Positions 26,551 to 39,329 of a DNA stretch of 64,000 nt are shown piece after piece. Source of the stretch: Dendrobates tinctorius (Eukaryota); the NCBI RefSeq assembly GCF_039654945.1, contig NW_027361709.1:2790001-2854000 (forward strand), given 5' to 3'. Position 1 is the stretch's first letter. Every line of letters begins with the position of its first letter. The notes beneath the pieces are model-generated. The model had not been told where the DNA came from. It was given only the letters and a program-made list of their open reading frames with translations, and searched no databases. Both the position numbers and the translations under genes were made by a program.

Positions 26551-27328
26551 TGTGGTGTAATGACCACTGTGTCCACTAGGGGGCGCTGTGTGGATGTCCC
26601 AAGAGAACGGATGAGTGGCAGAATCCTGAAGGATAGTTATGTATCTCAAAGTGGGTGGCATTGAGATGGAGACTTGTGTATGTGTGATCAGCAATATCAT
26701 GGCTGAGGTGTTGTTTCTAAGTGTAAGGGAGAAGTCTCCAGGTAACTAGAGAGATGGGCGGGTTCTGGTTATCTACAAATCCACCCAGGGGTGTGTCTGA
26801 TAACGCCTATTGTAAAAGGCTGTGTAAGTGTGTGAAGGACCTGTGATGAGGTCATAGCCATGTGACCCAGTGGGCGTGGCTACGGACCATATAAGGTGGC
26901 CAGGGTAGGTCACAAGGTGTGAATGCTGGGACCTGATTGGTCCAGTTTGGAAGGTCCTGTGAGGCAAAGGAGAGGCCTGTGGAGCTGCTGCTGTGTGTAA
27001 TGGCGGCCAGCGCCTGAGAGTCCCTGAGGAGAGAGTGGATTTCTGCAGTGTGGAGAAACAGCCATGTGGGAACCCTGACGTGGGTGAGATAAGGATGAGG
27101 CTGAATAGCCTGAGTATGGACATTGAGTAACCTGTGTGACCACAGGCTTAACCAGAGTGAAGCTATAATGGACGCTATCCTGTAATGCTGTTTATGTTGC
27201 TTCTGGGGTTTATGATGACGAATACACCTCATGGACTATGTTAATGGCTTATGAAAACCCGAGCTGGATCTGATTGTGTGGCTGCCAAGCGAGTGTCCCC
27301 CAACCTTGAATGACAGCGCTACCTCACA
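26551..27328 (+). mobile_element. solo LTR
   Basis: TG...CA ends, 4-bp TSD GTGT, internal TATA-like ATATAAGG at ~26889. Absent from the paralog at ~19818. Confidence 0.8.
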
Positions 27329-27369
27329 GTGTGCAACATGATTTAGAAAAACAAGACAGCGTATCTGCT

Positions 27370-28522
27370 CAATGCAATAGTACACAATTCTTCTAGCTGA
27401 TTATAGCGGGAAGAAACAATGAGTATTTAGGAAAGAATATGTAAACAATTTTATTGAAATATATTACAAATATACACAATGAACAGAGTTTCCCACTATG
27501 CAGGCTAACAAGGGGTTAATCCAAAATAGACAGTACAGATAGTGTTAAATAGCTGAAACCATATATTATCAGCATACAAGCGTCCTAAAGTATTCAATAT
27601 TAGCATATATAATGCCAATTTATTACCTTTATAAATAGGCTCATTACATAATCAGGCCACGTTAAAAGTGCAAAGAGTGCTTTTATAGTGCAAATAAGAC
27701 TGATTAATACACTGACAATGAAGTATCATGCAATCTTCCAGTGCTAACAAACAAGCAATATAAACTGGATACTACAATTTAGATAAACCCCTTATAAATG
27801 GACAATTATGTACTGCTGCCAGTGCTTAAACCGTGGCCCAAATAGTGATGCATGTAGATAAACTATACGCTGTACTTACATCTAATATGTAGTGGAGGAT
27901 TCCCCAAGCCTGCCGCCCCAACGCGCGTTTCACCACTTCTTCCTCAGGATGTAAGTACAGCGTATAGTTTATCTATATGCATCACTATTTGGGCCACGGT
28001 TTTTAGCACTGGCAGCAGTACATAATTGTCCATTTATAAGGGGTTTATCTAAATTGTAATATCCAGTTTATATTGCTTATTTGTTAGCACTGGAAGATTG
28101 CATGATACTTCATTGTCAGTGTATTAATCAGTCTTATTTGCACTATAAAAGCACTCTTTGCACTTTTAACGTGGCCTGATTATGTAATGAGCCTATTTAT
28201 AAAGGTAATAAATTGGCATTATATATGCTAATATTGAATATTTTAGGATGCTTGTATGCTGATAATATATGGTTTCAGCTATTTAACACTATCTGTACTG
28301 TCTATTTTGGATTAACCCCTTGTTAGCCTGCATAGTGGGAAACTCTGTTCATTGTGTATATTTATAATATATTTCAATAAAATTGTTTACATATTCTTTC
28401 CTAAATACTCGTTGTTTCTTCCCGCTATAATCAGCTAGAAGAATTGTGTACTATTGCATTGTATCTGGAGTTAAAGAGGTGATATTGTTATATCCATAAT
28501 TTTTTTGGGAATATTTGTGATA
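27370..28522. mobile_element. inverted (fold-back) Penelope-like insertion, ~513-bp arms with 65-bp spacer
   Basis: 27370-27882 is the near-perfect reverse complement of 27948-28461. The spacer holds a minus-strand CTGAGGA...GAAACGCGCGTT. A 14-bp direct repeat GTATCTGCTCAATG lies at 27361-27374 and 28523-28536. Confidence 0.75.
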
Positions 28523-29420
28523 GTATCTGCTCAATGTAGCGCAGATTATATCAAAGGGCACCAGTCTAACTCCGATTCCATTATGTGTATCATGATGATA
28601 ATCTAATAATTGAATACATATAATATACATCAAAATTGCTATTTTGTAGAGGAGGTAAAAGGATAGCGGCTGACTTCACATTACAATGCCCAATAGATGG
28701 CATATGACCTTGTGAGCAGCCACAAATCCAGATTTACCAAGAAGTTCCTCTCTGCATATTGTCAGAAATCCTAGCAGATGCAAGGGGATAATATGCCGTT
28801 GTATCATATAACATCTGATAGACTATTAGCATAGCATTAACTCACCAGGGATACCTTGGTATTATGTTTGATGGCCCATATCAATGGGAATGGTGCTGGA
28901 AGTATGGCGCGGTTAGAATGTCGCTATCAGCATCTAGTGATCTACCATATAGGTAACTGTGCGGCAATCCTTGTTAGTGACGCGTTTCCAGTTGGATACT
29001 TGGCATCAATCTATTTTTTTCTTATGAATGATACAAAACACTGTTAGGGCTGGCAGATCCGAAAACAAGTCAATAAAATATTTAATCCCAATATAGGAAA
29101 ATAAGTTTACACTTGACCAAAACCAAAGACCCTGACTTCTCGTCTATTAAGGTGATGGGGCAAAATATATATATATTCAGCCACACCCACTCCACATAGC
29201 AACCAATCACTAAGCATCTTTCATTTCAGTAGAGCTGTCTGAAAGATGAAAGCTGAGCTGTGATTGGTTGCTATGAGCAACAGTTTTCCTTGTAGACAGT
29301 TGTGGTAAGTGAGGCCTAATATTCTTATTTCTATGGTGCTATCGTCCTTCTGTAAAGCTGGAAATAACAATTACTATGCTGACACAGACCACCCTCTGAC
29401 ACAGACTGCAGGGGGAGCCC

Positions 29421-30072
29421 AGTATCACACAGGATAGGATTAGATACACGGCTCAGCAGAAGGTATCACACAGGACAGAAGTAGATACACAGCTCAGCAG
29501 TCAGTATCACACAGGATAGGATTAGATACATGGCTCAGCAGCCAGTATCACACAGGACAGAAGTAGATACACAGCTCAGCAGTCAGTATCACACAGGATA
29601 GGATTAGATACACGGCTCAGCAGTCAGTATCACACAGGATAGGATTAGATACACGGCTCAGCAGTCAGTATCGCACAGGATAGGATTAGATACACGGCTC
29701 AGCAGTCAGTATCGCACAGGATAGGATTAGATACACGGCTCAGCAGTCAGTATCGCACAGGAGAGGATTAGATACACGGCTCAGCAGTCAGTATCGCACA
29801 GTAGAGGATTAGATACACGGCTCAGCAGTCAGTATTGCACAGGAGAGGATTAGATACATGGCTCAGCAGTCAGTATCGCACAGGAGAGGATTAGATACAC
29901 GGCTCAGCAGACAGTATCACACAGGAGAGGATTAGATACACGGCTCAGCAGTCAGTATCACAGGATAGGATTAGATACACTGCTCAGCAGACAGTATCAC
30001 ACAGGAGAGGATTAGATACACGGCTCAGCAGACAGTATCACACAGGATAGGGTTAGATACATGGATCAGCAA
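29421..30072 (+). repeat. 40-bp minisatellite (about 16 units)
   Basis: Unit CAGTATCACACAGGATAGGATTAGATACACGGCTCAGCAG-like. Confidence 0.93.
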
Positions 30073-30073
30073 C

Positions 30074-30537
30074 AGGATGTGCCAAAGGAGAGGACATTTT
30101 CATTCCAAGAATTCCACTCATTCTATCTGATTTGCCTTTTGATTTTAAACACCTCCAGTTTCCACTTCGACTGGCATTTGCAATGTCTATTAACAATGCT
30201 CAGGGACAGTCCTTGAAAGTAGTAGAGATCGATTTGCAATCTCCATGCTTTTCACATGGTCAACTTTACGTGACCTGTTCAAAAGTTGGAACTGCCAAAC
30301 ATCTGTTCATCTTTGCACCAAAAGGAAAAGACAAAAATGTTTATCAAAAGGCTCTTGAATGAGTTGAAAATAAAATACTATCAATACTTGGGTAATCGCT
30401 TAGTTAATTTGTGTTGCAAATCTGTAGTGTTGAATATATGATGTGAAATGTTTTTATGTGCAATATAATCGTTATAATTTGTTATAACTAACCACAGTTA
30501 GTTATTATGCCCGAGCAACACTGGTCTCTTCAGCTAG
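30074..30537 (+). mobile_element. Helitron 3' fragment, copy 2
   Basis: Translates as [39 protein letters not shown]...HGQLYV. Ends CTAG|T at 30534-30537. Confidence 0.88.
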
Positions 30538-31422
30538 TATTAAATGGAGCAAAAGCTACTTGGCATAGCAACTGTTATAAAGTTGGTGCAGGAAGTACTT
30601 ATCCCTGGTCTATGGTGAGCAAGAGCTCCCACAGGGTCCTATTACACTTAACACCACAGCCGCATGATCAGACCAAATACTACTGCCACGTGGTAAAATA
30701 ACTGTAGGAAACATTACTGAAAAATACCGCCATATCATAATCTGTGAGAACCACTGAGCAGGTAAACTCAAGACGGACCAGATGCAGGCGACTCAGGGGT
30801 GTGTGTTTCTTTTTTTTCTTTGTATGTACACTCTGTCTGGGCCAGACCACGATCAAGGTTACTCCAGCTATGAGTTTTCTCTGCAAACTTTGTTGACCTA
30901 GATTTCCCAAACCCGACATGATTGACTTGTATCCTCCACCCCGAGTTCTACACTGCTACATAAGCTACAAAGTATCTATCATCCTGCAATCAATTTCCTC
31001 TTAATTAGAGACTGTAAATATTATAAAGAAATAATGCTTGCATTTCCTGCCCTTACCCCTGTGACAAATGTAATGGCATCAGATTGGCCACACTGCCTAA
31101 GTGCAGGTACAGCTTGCCTTTTACAGACAGACTTGTCTGTAGCTGACATGACACTCAAATATGTAACTGATGTTGCCTTTTACTGTTGTCATAAACTGTA
31201 AGCAAAGCAGGGTCAATATTGGGGTTTATCAGGAGTAGAAAAAATAATAGGGCAAGAAGGACATGTTGGCAGCAGTAACCCGCCCATACAATACCAGTGC
31301 TTGGTGTGGGGAAGGCCATGGGGGATGAGAGGGGTAGTGTCCTGTGGCCTAACATAGGTGTTTCTGGCTGCCTGTAGGGGGAGCTCTCTAAGGATAGATT
31401 TATTATTGCAGACAAGGAGTTT

Positions 31423-32301
31423 TGTGACGTATACTGACGACAGGTAGGTTACGTCCGAGAGTGGACCCTCAGGATCGCGGCACTGGAGCTCCCGGGGGTG
31501 AGCGCGCCAGGTGGTACCGACCCCTATACAGGGGCCGTTAGGGGCAGGCCCTCGGAATACAGATGCCGCGACTGCTAGAACCAAGAGGGGCGGCTCAAAG
31601 GACTGAGTGAGGGGTGCAGAACTGAGAACGGAATGCAGAAGGGAGTAGGAAGTACAGAGTGGAGTGCAGGACGGAAACACGGAATATAGGACCAGGCACA
31701 GAGAGGGGAGTACGGGACGGAGACACGGAGTACAGGACTGGGCACTGGGGTACAGGACGGAGACACGGAGTACAGGACTGGGCACTGGGGTGCAGGACGG
31801 AGACACGGAGTACAGGACTGGGCACTGGGGTGCAGGACGGAGACACGGAGTACAGGACTGGGCACTGGGGTGCAGGACAGAGATACGGAGTACAGGACTG
31901 GGCACTGGGGTGCAGGACGGAGACACGAAGTACAGGACTGGGCACTGGAGTACAGAACTGAGGAGAGAGAGTGAGAAGGGGGAGACCCCTAAACACTTGG
32001 TCAGGATACCGTAAGGATAGGCACACGATAATCAGGAGTCTCCACCATGTTGTAGACGCCTGATATACCCCGTGCTGTTAGCTGATTGGGTGCTCAGGCT
32101 TCTGGGAGGGCGCTGCAGGGTTAAGAGACCTGCAGAGCGTGCGCCTGCGGCGTAAGGTGCCTGCACGAAGCAGGCACGCGCCGGACAGAGGGGAACGAGG
32201 AGGAGGCGGGCACAGTGCGGTGTGGCGAGCGCCGGTGAGTATAGGCGGCGGCGGGCCCCGCCGCTGCTGGGACGGCGGCAGCTATTACCGCCGACGTAGC
32301 A
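31423..32301 (-). mobile_element. solo LTR (Gypsy, related to the element at 59392+), with internal 42-bp tandem repeat
   Basis: TG...CA ends with 5-bp TSD AGTTT. Empty site at ~50268. Shares CCTGTATAGGGGTCGG and GAGGGTCCACTCT motifs with the Gypsy LTR end at 59414-59488. Confidence 0.88.
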
Positions 32302-32505
32302 AGTTTTATACTCTGGACTTCAGAGAGCGCCTCCTAGTGGTCTGTTACGTACAGTATAGTCTTATATGTTGTATAATCAGCGAGTGCCGTCTATTAACAC
32401 GTAGCGTCATGTAACCTTCACATGTTGCCAGATAACGGTGGTATTGCTGATATTACTGAAGGACGACTGGTTAATGTGTAATAAATAATCCTTCTCCAGT
32501 CTGAA

Positions 32506-32511
32506 TATAAA
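32506..32511 (+). promoter_or_regulatory. TATA box of HAAF-like gene copy A
   Basis: TATAAA 71 nt upstream of the ATG; conserved in copy B. Confidence 0.65.
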
Positions 32512-32576
32512 GCACCTGGTGCTCAGATCCCACTGTCATCTACTGAACCTCCTCAAGACCTAGACTGCCCCTCACA

Positions 32577-33112
32577 ATGCAGGTGATTCTACCTCTGCTG
32601 CTGGGAATTGCTGTGGTGTCTGCAGCTCCACCAGGTAATGCTGATGGGTACATACTGCTAACTGTAGTAATACCGCTATGACAGATCAGTGGTCATGCAA
32701 AATGCAGATGTTTACAGCAGTCTCCGCAAATGGTACACGTGATCACAGTCCATTTGGATAGATGCAGAAAATGAATGCAGCATTTCTGCACCCTGGTCAG
32801 TTTTTGAAACTCTCTTGCTTGGAAGGGGAACAGTTCTGATTTTTCCTTTAAGGCCGGGGTCACATAACCGACACAAAATACGGTCCGTAGTTTACAGGCG
32901 TAATACGGATGAATGACCCCTAAATAGTGCTCCGTATGTCATCCGTAAGCAAGGTGTGGTCGCGTATTTTGCGCATGTCAGCATCCGTATGTAATCCGTA
33001 TGGCATCCGTATGCTGAGATTTTCTCGCAGGCTTGCAAAATGGACATATAATGGAGTCCTATGACAGGTTTTATAACAGAAACCAAAGAATAGATATAGA
33101 CACATAGAATAC

Positions 33113-33161
<49 letters not shown>

Positions 33162-33490
33162 CAACGACAAAGCAAAGTCCAGCAATAACGTGAGCAATCC
33201 AGGATGCTGTTAAAAAAATTTTTTCTTTTTATTCATAAATCCATTAAAATGCAATGGTCCAAGCAGTTCAAAACAGCAATAACGCAGGAAAGTCGTGCAG
33301 ATAGGACTACGCGCTTCAGCGGTAGAACCCGCCTTCTTCACGGTCCAGAATCTTCACGGTCCAGACTTTGCTTTGTCGTTGTTCACATTTGTATGGATGG
33401 ACTCCTACATCCAGATCCGGGCACAACGGAGTTAACCAGGTCAGCTGAGGTTCCAGGTGGTTCACAGGAGTGAGCTGGTCTACATTGTTG

Positions 33491-33521
<31 letters not shown>

Positions 33522-36500
33522 GTGTCATTGTGACAAACATATATTTATACTTCACGGAGTTCTTCATAGCAGAATAGCCGCTAATTAAATTGCCGGCTTC
33601 TATCAAATCATTCCCCAACCTGACATGAAATGACACATGGTTTACATTCAGTAAAGCATTTCACTTCATGTTTTTTTATATGTCCCTAATAATTAGATGA
33701 GGGTTTGTGTGCAAAATTTGGGAGTTGTAGTTGTTGTTTTAAGGGGTTAATTCGTTGTTAAAAAATGCATGGGCTTCCCATTGCCCTGTAGCGATGACGA
33801 ATGGGTTAATCTACCAATCGAATGGTGACATTAACCCTTTGTTAGATTAACCCACTCGCCACCGCTACAGGGCAATGGGAAGCCCACGCATTTTTTAACA
33901 ACGAATTAACCCCTTAAAATAACAACTACAACTCCCAAATTTTGCACACAAACCCTCATCTAATTATTAGTCAGGGACATATAAAAAAACATGAAGTGAA
34001 ATGCTTTACTGAATGTAAACCATGTGTCATTTCATGTCGGGTTGGGGAAGGATTTGATAGAAGCCGGCAATTTAATTAGCGGCTACTCTGCTATGAAGAA
34101 CTCTGTGAAATATAAATATATATATATATATGTTTGTCACAATGACATGTATGTGTGTGTGTGTATATAATATATATATATGTATTCTATGTGTCTATAT
34201 CTATTCTTTCGTTTCTTTATTAAACCTGTCAGTCTGAGTTTACTGTATAGCGCACTGAATTGCCGGCTTTTCTCGCAAGTCACATGTGTGGTCCGTGTGT
34301 AATCCGTATTTTTTGCGCACCCATAGACTTGCATTGGCGTATTACGGCCGTAGTACGCTGACAATCGCAGCATGCTGTGATTGGCACGGAGCGTAGAATA
34401 CAGATGAGAAATATACGGCTGTTGGGAGCTGCCCCATAGAGAATCATTGGTCCGTGTGTAATGCGTGCTTTTAACGCCTCTCCCTCGTCCGTATTCCTCG
34501 CCAGTGTGACCCCGGCCTAACACTCTCACCCCTCCTATCCCTTGTCAAAAGAAATACAATGTACGTAACCCTAAAATATAATTTTACTAGGTAGATACTG
34601 AAAGTAGTTTGCAGTAGCATCAACAAATTGTTGCGGCACGTATAGTTTATATTAGACTATTAAAACTGTTGTAAAACCTCAACACTTTTTTTGTTTTTTT
34701 GTTCTCCCCTCTAGTGATGAGCGAGCATGCTTGGATAAGGTGTTATCCAACCAGGCTTCTGTCCTAATCAAGTATGGCATGCTCGAAAAAAAATAAAAAT
34801 GTTTGGGTCATCATGGCTGCATGTCTCGTGGCTGACAGCTGTAACACGTGCAGAGATTGCCGAATAGACGCAAGACATGCGGCCGTGACGACTCGAGCAT
34901 TTTTTTCGAGCTCACTGAAAATAATCGATGGGATCAGGAAATGTGATTTAATAATCTCTAAATTTGACAAATCTGTATGTATATAGTTTACCATCTATGT
35001 TCACAAATGGATTCAGTAGTGAACCCCCCCCCCCTTATTAACCAGGCAATTTGGAGATCCTGCACAAGTTCTCTTCACACTGTATCAATGGGATGGTATA
35101 AACCAGGACCGAGCCCCTTGTTCTCAAGGGCCCCATAGCAGCTGCATCGAGGAACTTTTAACATTGCCAATGCCCAAATTGCGGGTAAAGCCACCCAACT
35201 CTCACTTGCTTTTTTTTTCTTCAGAAAGATGGGTCAACGACTACGATCAAGTTCTCCACTTCGCGTGTCAGAGTCACCAGAGCATTAACTTAATAATCAG
35301 GTAATAAAACACAAAGATTGCCCTGGAATAGATAGGGCAGAAGAGCTGGGCTGGCGGCACAAGTGCCTTTACTGATCTACATTGGTGTTGCTAGACTAGA
35401 GACCTTTAGGTCCTGCCACTGCGGTGCCTGGGAACACCCACAAATCGAGAGGGCCTGCCAACTTTTGGGTTGGGTTTGCATAAACATCCCTAAAAATTTT
35501 CCAGGATTTTATCTGAAAAATTGGGAAGTCCTGGAGTTTTTGCCAACTATGTGCACTCCAGGTTCTAGAGTGCTGCCAATATGTCACTTTGCTGTGGCCA
35601 CGACATTACACACATTGTTAGGAAGCTGTGAATTCTTGCCTTGAATTGCAGGGGATTGTACTTAAGGTCCTGAGCAGCAAATGTGCCCAGCTGTAGATTA
35701 ATACATGAGAGATAGGAATTGGGCCCTCAAAACAGCAGTTGAGTGCTCACATGCAGGACCTCCATACAGCTACTAGGACTTTGGTTACACCCATGAATAA
35801 GCAAATCAGCTTGATACAACCCCCTTAGAGCGGTAACTGTGGCCTCCTATATTCATGTACCATATATTACTTATCCTGTTCTACTTTCTTCCAGCATCCA
35901 CAACAATAAGGCTGAGGATCGTGTCTGGGATTTCGGCTGCCAGAACACCTTTAATTATCCAGGTTCCTGTTATTGGACGAATTACGTCAATGAGTTTGAC
36001 CAGGAGTTTACGTTCGTGTGTCCATTTGGCTCAGTTCTGAGTGGAATGGATAGCTACCATGACAATGGAAAAGAAGACAGGAGGTAAAACTATTCTTTAT
36101 TCCAGCAGTTTGACTGAAACCTCTGAATACTTTTTTTTTTTTTCTTTCTTCATTTGTATATATTCCTGGTTAAGGAATAATGTTTTGGATTTGATTCTAA
36201 TTTTTTTAAGGGGTGCAATCATATCAACGTTATAATAAGAGCTGCTGCTTTTTGGGATAAAACCATGATACTTCTCAATTCTTTGCAAATTAGCGGTCTT
36301 CCAGAAGGAAAGCAGTCTCCTTGGCGCGATCCACTGGAGAAAGTTCACGTATCATGTTTTTAAGATTAGCAGATTATTGATGTCAGGTAAAAATTTATTT
36401 TTTAAAAACATCAAATCATTTTTAGATGGAGATTTCTTTGCTGTGATGGAGAGACGGCCGTTCAAAGAAACTGCAAGTGGAGCGGCTATGTCAATGAATT

Positions 36501-37721
36501 TGACGAGTACCTACGATGGGATGCATCGCCAAATTATCACCTTGTTGGGGCTCAAAGTTATCATGACAACAGTAAGGAGTAGGTATCTACACTGGGACAT
36601 GGAATATAATGATCAATATTCAGAAACCTTTTCTATATGTTCAGTAGAACCCTTAAAGGGATAGTCTCAAATGCAAAACAGCAAATTTTCCCTGCAGGGG
36701 GAAACGTATTATTACATGACATTCACCTAAGAAGTTGTGCAGTCACGTAACCCTCAGAGATGGCTCAGTCAAATTGTACCCCAGAGAAAGCCAAGTCACG
36801 TGCCCCATCCCAAAATACAAGGTGCATGGGATACTGCCTTCTGTCTCCTCTAAATGAGTTGAGTTCTTGCCAGTAGGGGAAGGGGAGCTCTGGCATAGAA
36901 TATATTCCTGGCATACAGAATTAAATGAGCATATTTCCAGTCTTGTGAAATTTGCAGACATGACTGGCCCAAGGATTCACATGCTCATGTGAACTTGACC
37001 TTAAAAGGGCTGTCCCATTAAAGAACATATCACCTGTCCACAGGAGTGGTGATCAATGTATGATCCCTACAGAAATCCCAGCTAGACATGAGACTGGGGG
37101 TCCTAAAGTTCTCTGTGTGTATGGAGCAGAAGTGATCATGTGCGACCACTGATCCATCCTGTATCTATAGCAATGAAGGTCGCACATGCTTGTTCCCGTT
37201 CTTGGTGGCGGTCTGATTTTAGATCAGATAGGTGTTTGTATTTTTTATGTGTCATCTGAAATTCACCCTATTGTTTAAATAAGTTTTTGAAAATGTTTTG
37301 CATTTCTGGGGCCGCCCCATACAGGTAACTACTGTTCATGGTGCATGCTTCGTGTGAATTTTCCAGGTGATTTTGGGTGCAGAAAATCTTCAGCATGATA
37401 ATGTACTAGCCAAAAGTGTTTGTTAATTGCCCTGTGTTGCCAATTTTAAATCTTTAATATGTCAATTATTTGTGCATAATTAATTGCGGTATTATCTATT
37501 TTCAATCTTTCGGGTGAAATTGTCAACAAAATCCAAGTGTAGTGGCTGCAGAGTTTCATAGGAAAATGCAGGGGAAGTGCTACAGAGAATCCACATCAAA
37601 TCAATACTCTCTGTTTTGCTGAATTATCATTGTTGACATTTTTTTTTCTTTGCTCAACTATCAATCTGATTTGTTTTGCAGGGACAGACGCTGGAATTAT
37701 TACTCATGTGAGAAGAACTAA
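32577..37721 (+). CDS. hemagglutinin/amebocyte aggregation factor-like secreted protein (dermatopontin family), copy A, 171 aa
   Basis: Exons 32577-32634, 35225-35300, 35895-36083, 36426-36578, 37682-37721 (516 nt, GT-AG, open frame). Protein: MQVILPLLLGIAVVSAAPPERWVNDYDQVLHFACQSHQSINLIISIHNNKAEDRVWDFGCQNTFNYPGSCYWTNYVNEFDQEFTFVCPFGSVLSGMDSYHDNGKEDRRWRFLCCDGETAVQRNCKWSGYVNEFDEYLRWDASPNYHLVGAQSYHDNSKEDRRWNYYSCEKN. This is a signal peptide plus three VN.FD...S.H.N..EDR.W...C repeats. Confidence 0.92.
32852..34517. mobile_element. PIF/Harbinger-type non-autonomous element in intron 1 of copy A, with internal ~290-bp-arm palindrome
   Basis: TAA|GGCCGGGGTCACA ... TGTGACCCCGGCC|TAA. Empty site at ~50816. 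Internal inverted arms 33523-33813 / 33843-34147. Confidence 0.88.
33158..33491 (-). mobile_element. short Penelope-like insertion in a (TA)n microsatellite
   Basis: Flanked by (TA)n on both sides. 22-bp inverted repeat 33158-33179 / 33364-33385. Hammerhead-like motif at 33304-33346 on the minus strand. Confidence 0.65.
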
Positions 37722-38065
37722 TTATTGCAAATACTGAGGATCATCGGCACGTCGTATGCCAGACCATAAAGTATCAGGCAAAACTAAAGATCAATAATTA
37801 GGGGTTGATCAAAATAAAATAAAAACAAAATAAAAAAAAAACACGCCGGATTGTTCTCAAAACATTGCCACACTTCTCAGTTGGTTGTTTATGGTATTGC
37901 AGATCAACTCTATTGAGTCTGTACCATACGCCTGCTGTGGACAGATGTGACACAGTTTTTAGAAGAGAATCAATATTTAATTTCAGCCTGTACATTTAGT
38001 TCTGAGTAAACAAATAAAGGAAAATTTTCAAATCAGAACATTTCCTGTTTCTCCTTTTTATTTTC

Positions 38066-38743
38066 TGTCATGCTGGCGCTGCCTGTCATGCCGGGTCCCG
38101 CTTCCCTTGCCGCTGCTCCCAGGGTCTTCCCCCAGCTCCCCGCTCATGCCGCCGCGTAGCGTCCTCAGCCTCCTGTCCTGCAGCCCAGGAGATCCAGCAT
38201 GATGGTCCTCCTTCCTGTCTGGCTCTTGTTCCAGGCATGCGCCTTAGGCCGCAGGCACGCGCTCTTCTCTCCCCTTAACCCCTTCTGCACCATTCCTGTG
38301 GAGCGATCTCTAATCAAGCTCCAGCACAGGGTATATCAGGCGGCTCCTCCCTCATGGAGGCGCCTGATTATCGTGTGCCTTCCTGTACGGTACTCTGGCC
38401 CCGTCCTGTCGCTCCTGACTCCGGTCACTCCTGACTCCTGTCGCTCCTGACTCCTGTCGCTCCTGACTCCTGTCGCTCCTGACTCCTGTCGCTCCTGACT
38501 CCAGTCACTCCTGACTCCGGTCGCTCCTGACTCTACTGGCTCCTGACTCCGGTCGTTTTTGACCCTCTGCCTTGTTGTCTCATCCGCTCTTGAGCCGCCA
38601 CTCTTGGTATCAGCTGTCACGGTATTCGACTCCTTTGGGCCTGCTCCTAACGATCCCTGTATAGGGGTCGGCACCACCTGGCCAGCTCGCTCCAGGGACC
38701 TCAGTACCGCGACCCAGAGGGTCCACTCTTGCTACACCTCACA
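38066..38743 (+). mobile_element. solo LTR (Gypsy), pre-duplication, copy A
   Basis: TG...CA ends, TSD TTTTC, internal CTCCTGA-rich repeats. Confidence 0.88.
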
Positions 38744-39329
38744 TTTTCTAACCTGCACATGGTCTCTACATGTTCTAAGGAGAACGAAATGACCCTAAAA
38801 GGGCCCAGAAATCCCCGTTTACTCCCCACTCAGACCTGTGCGGCTCCTCCACACTCACCACTGTGTCTGCTGTAATCAACATCTGGCAGGGGCATCATGT
38901 GGCCGCTGCAGACAATCAGAAGCCACTGATTGCCTGCAGCCTTCTCAGTTCAGTCTGAACAATTTCTTCCTGTTCAGAAGGAATGAGGTTGCAGCAGATC
39001 AGTAGCCCATGTTTGAATGAACAATAAATACACTTTTTTAATAATTTGTCTTTAATAAGTTTTTATTATTTTTTAGATTGTTGTTTATTAGTCTCTTTAG
39101 TGTAATAATTTGTATCCATTGTTCTTAGTGGGTCTGATTCAATGATAAGTGAAAGAATGAAGCATAAGAATAACTATATGAAAATGTGTAAAGGCCCTTT
39201 AATCACAAAAAAAAAATATTCCCACTGAATTTCTGCCCTGCCACAATATGAACTTTCAGTGATCTTCTTGTTAACTCAGGAGAAATTGTTAATGAGGACA
39301 AGGCAGCTGATATCACTCCTTCATAGTGA

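Larger units (their letters stand above)
19096..30889 (+). repeat. older tandem segmental duplication: ~19096-25549 and ~25545-30889
   Basis: Collinear blocks: 19106-20470 matches 25556-29170, 21367-21781 matches 30128-30537, and 22740-22816 plus 25261-25549 match 30540-30889. The junction has AAACT microhomology. Confidence 0.88.

Noticed and set aside
29421-30072. Regular 40-bp periodicity resembling a CRISPR array
   Set aside because: No unique spacers and a eukaryotic context; it is a plain minisatellite.
31213-32026. Cys/Pro-rich repeat ORFs up to 237 aa
   Set aside because: They come from the 42-bp tandem repeat within a solo LTR.
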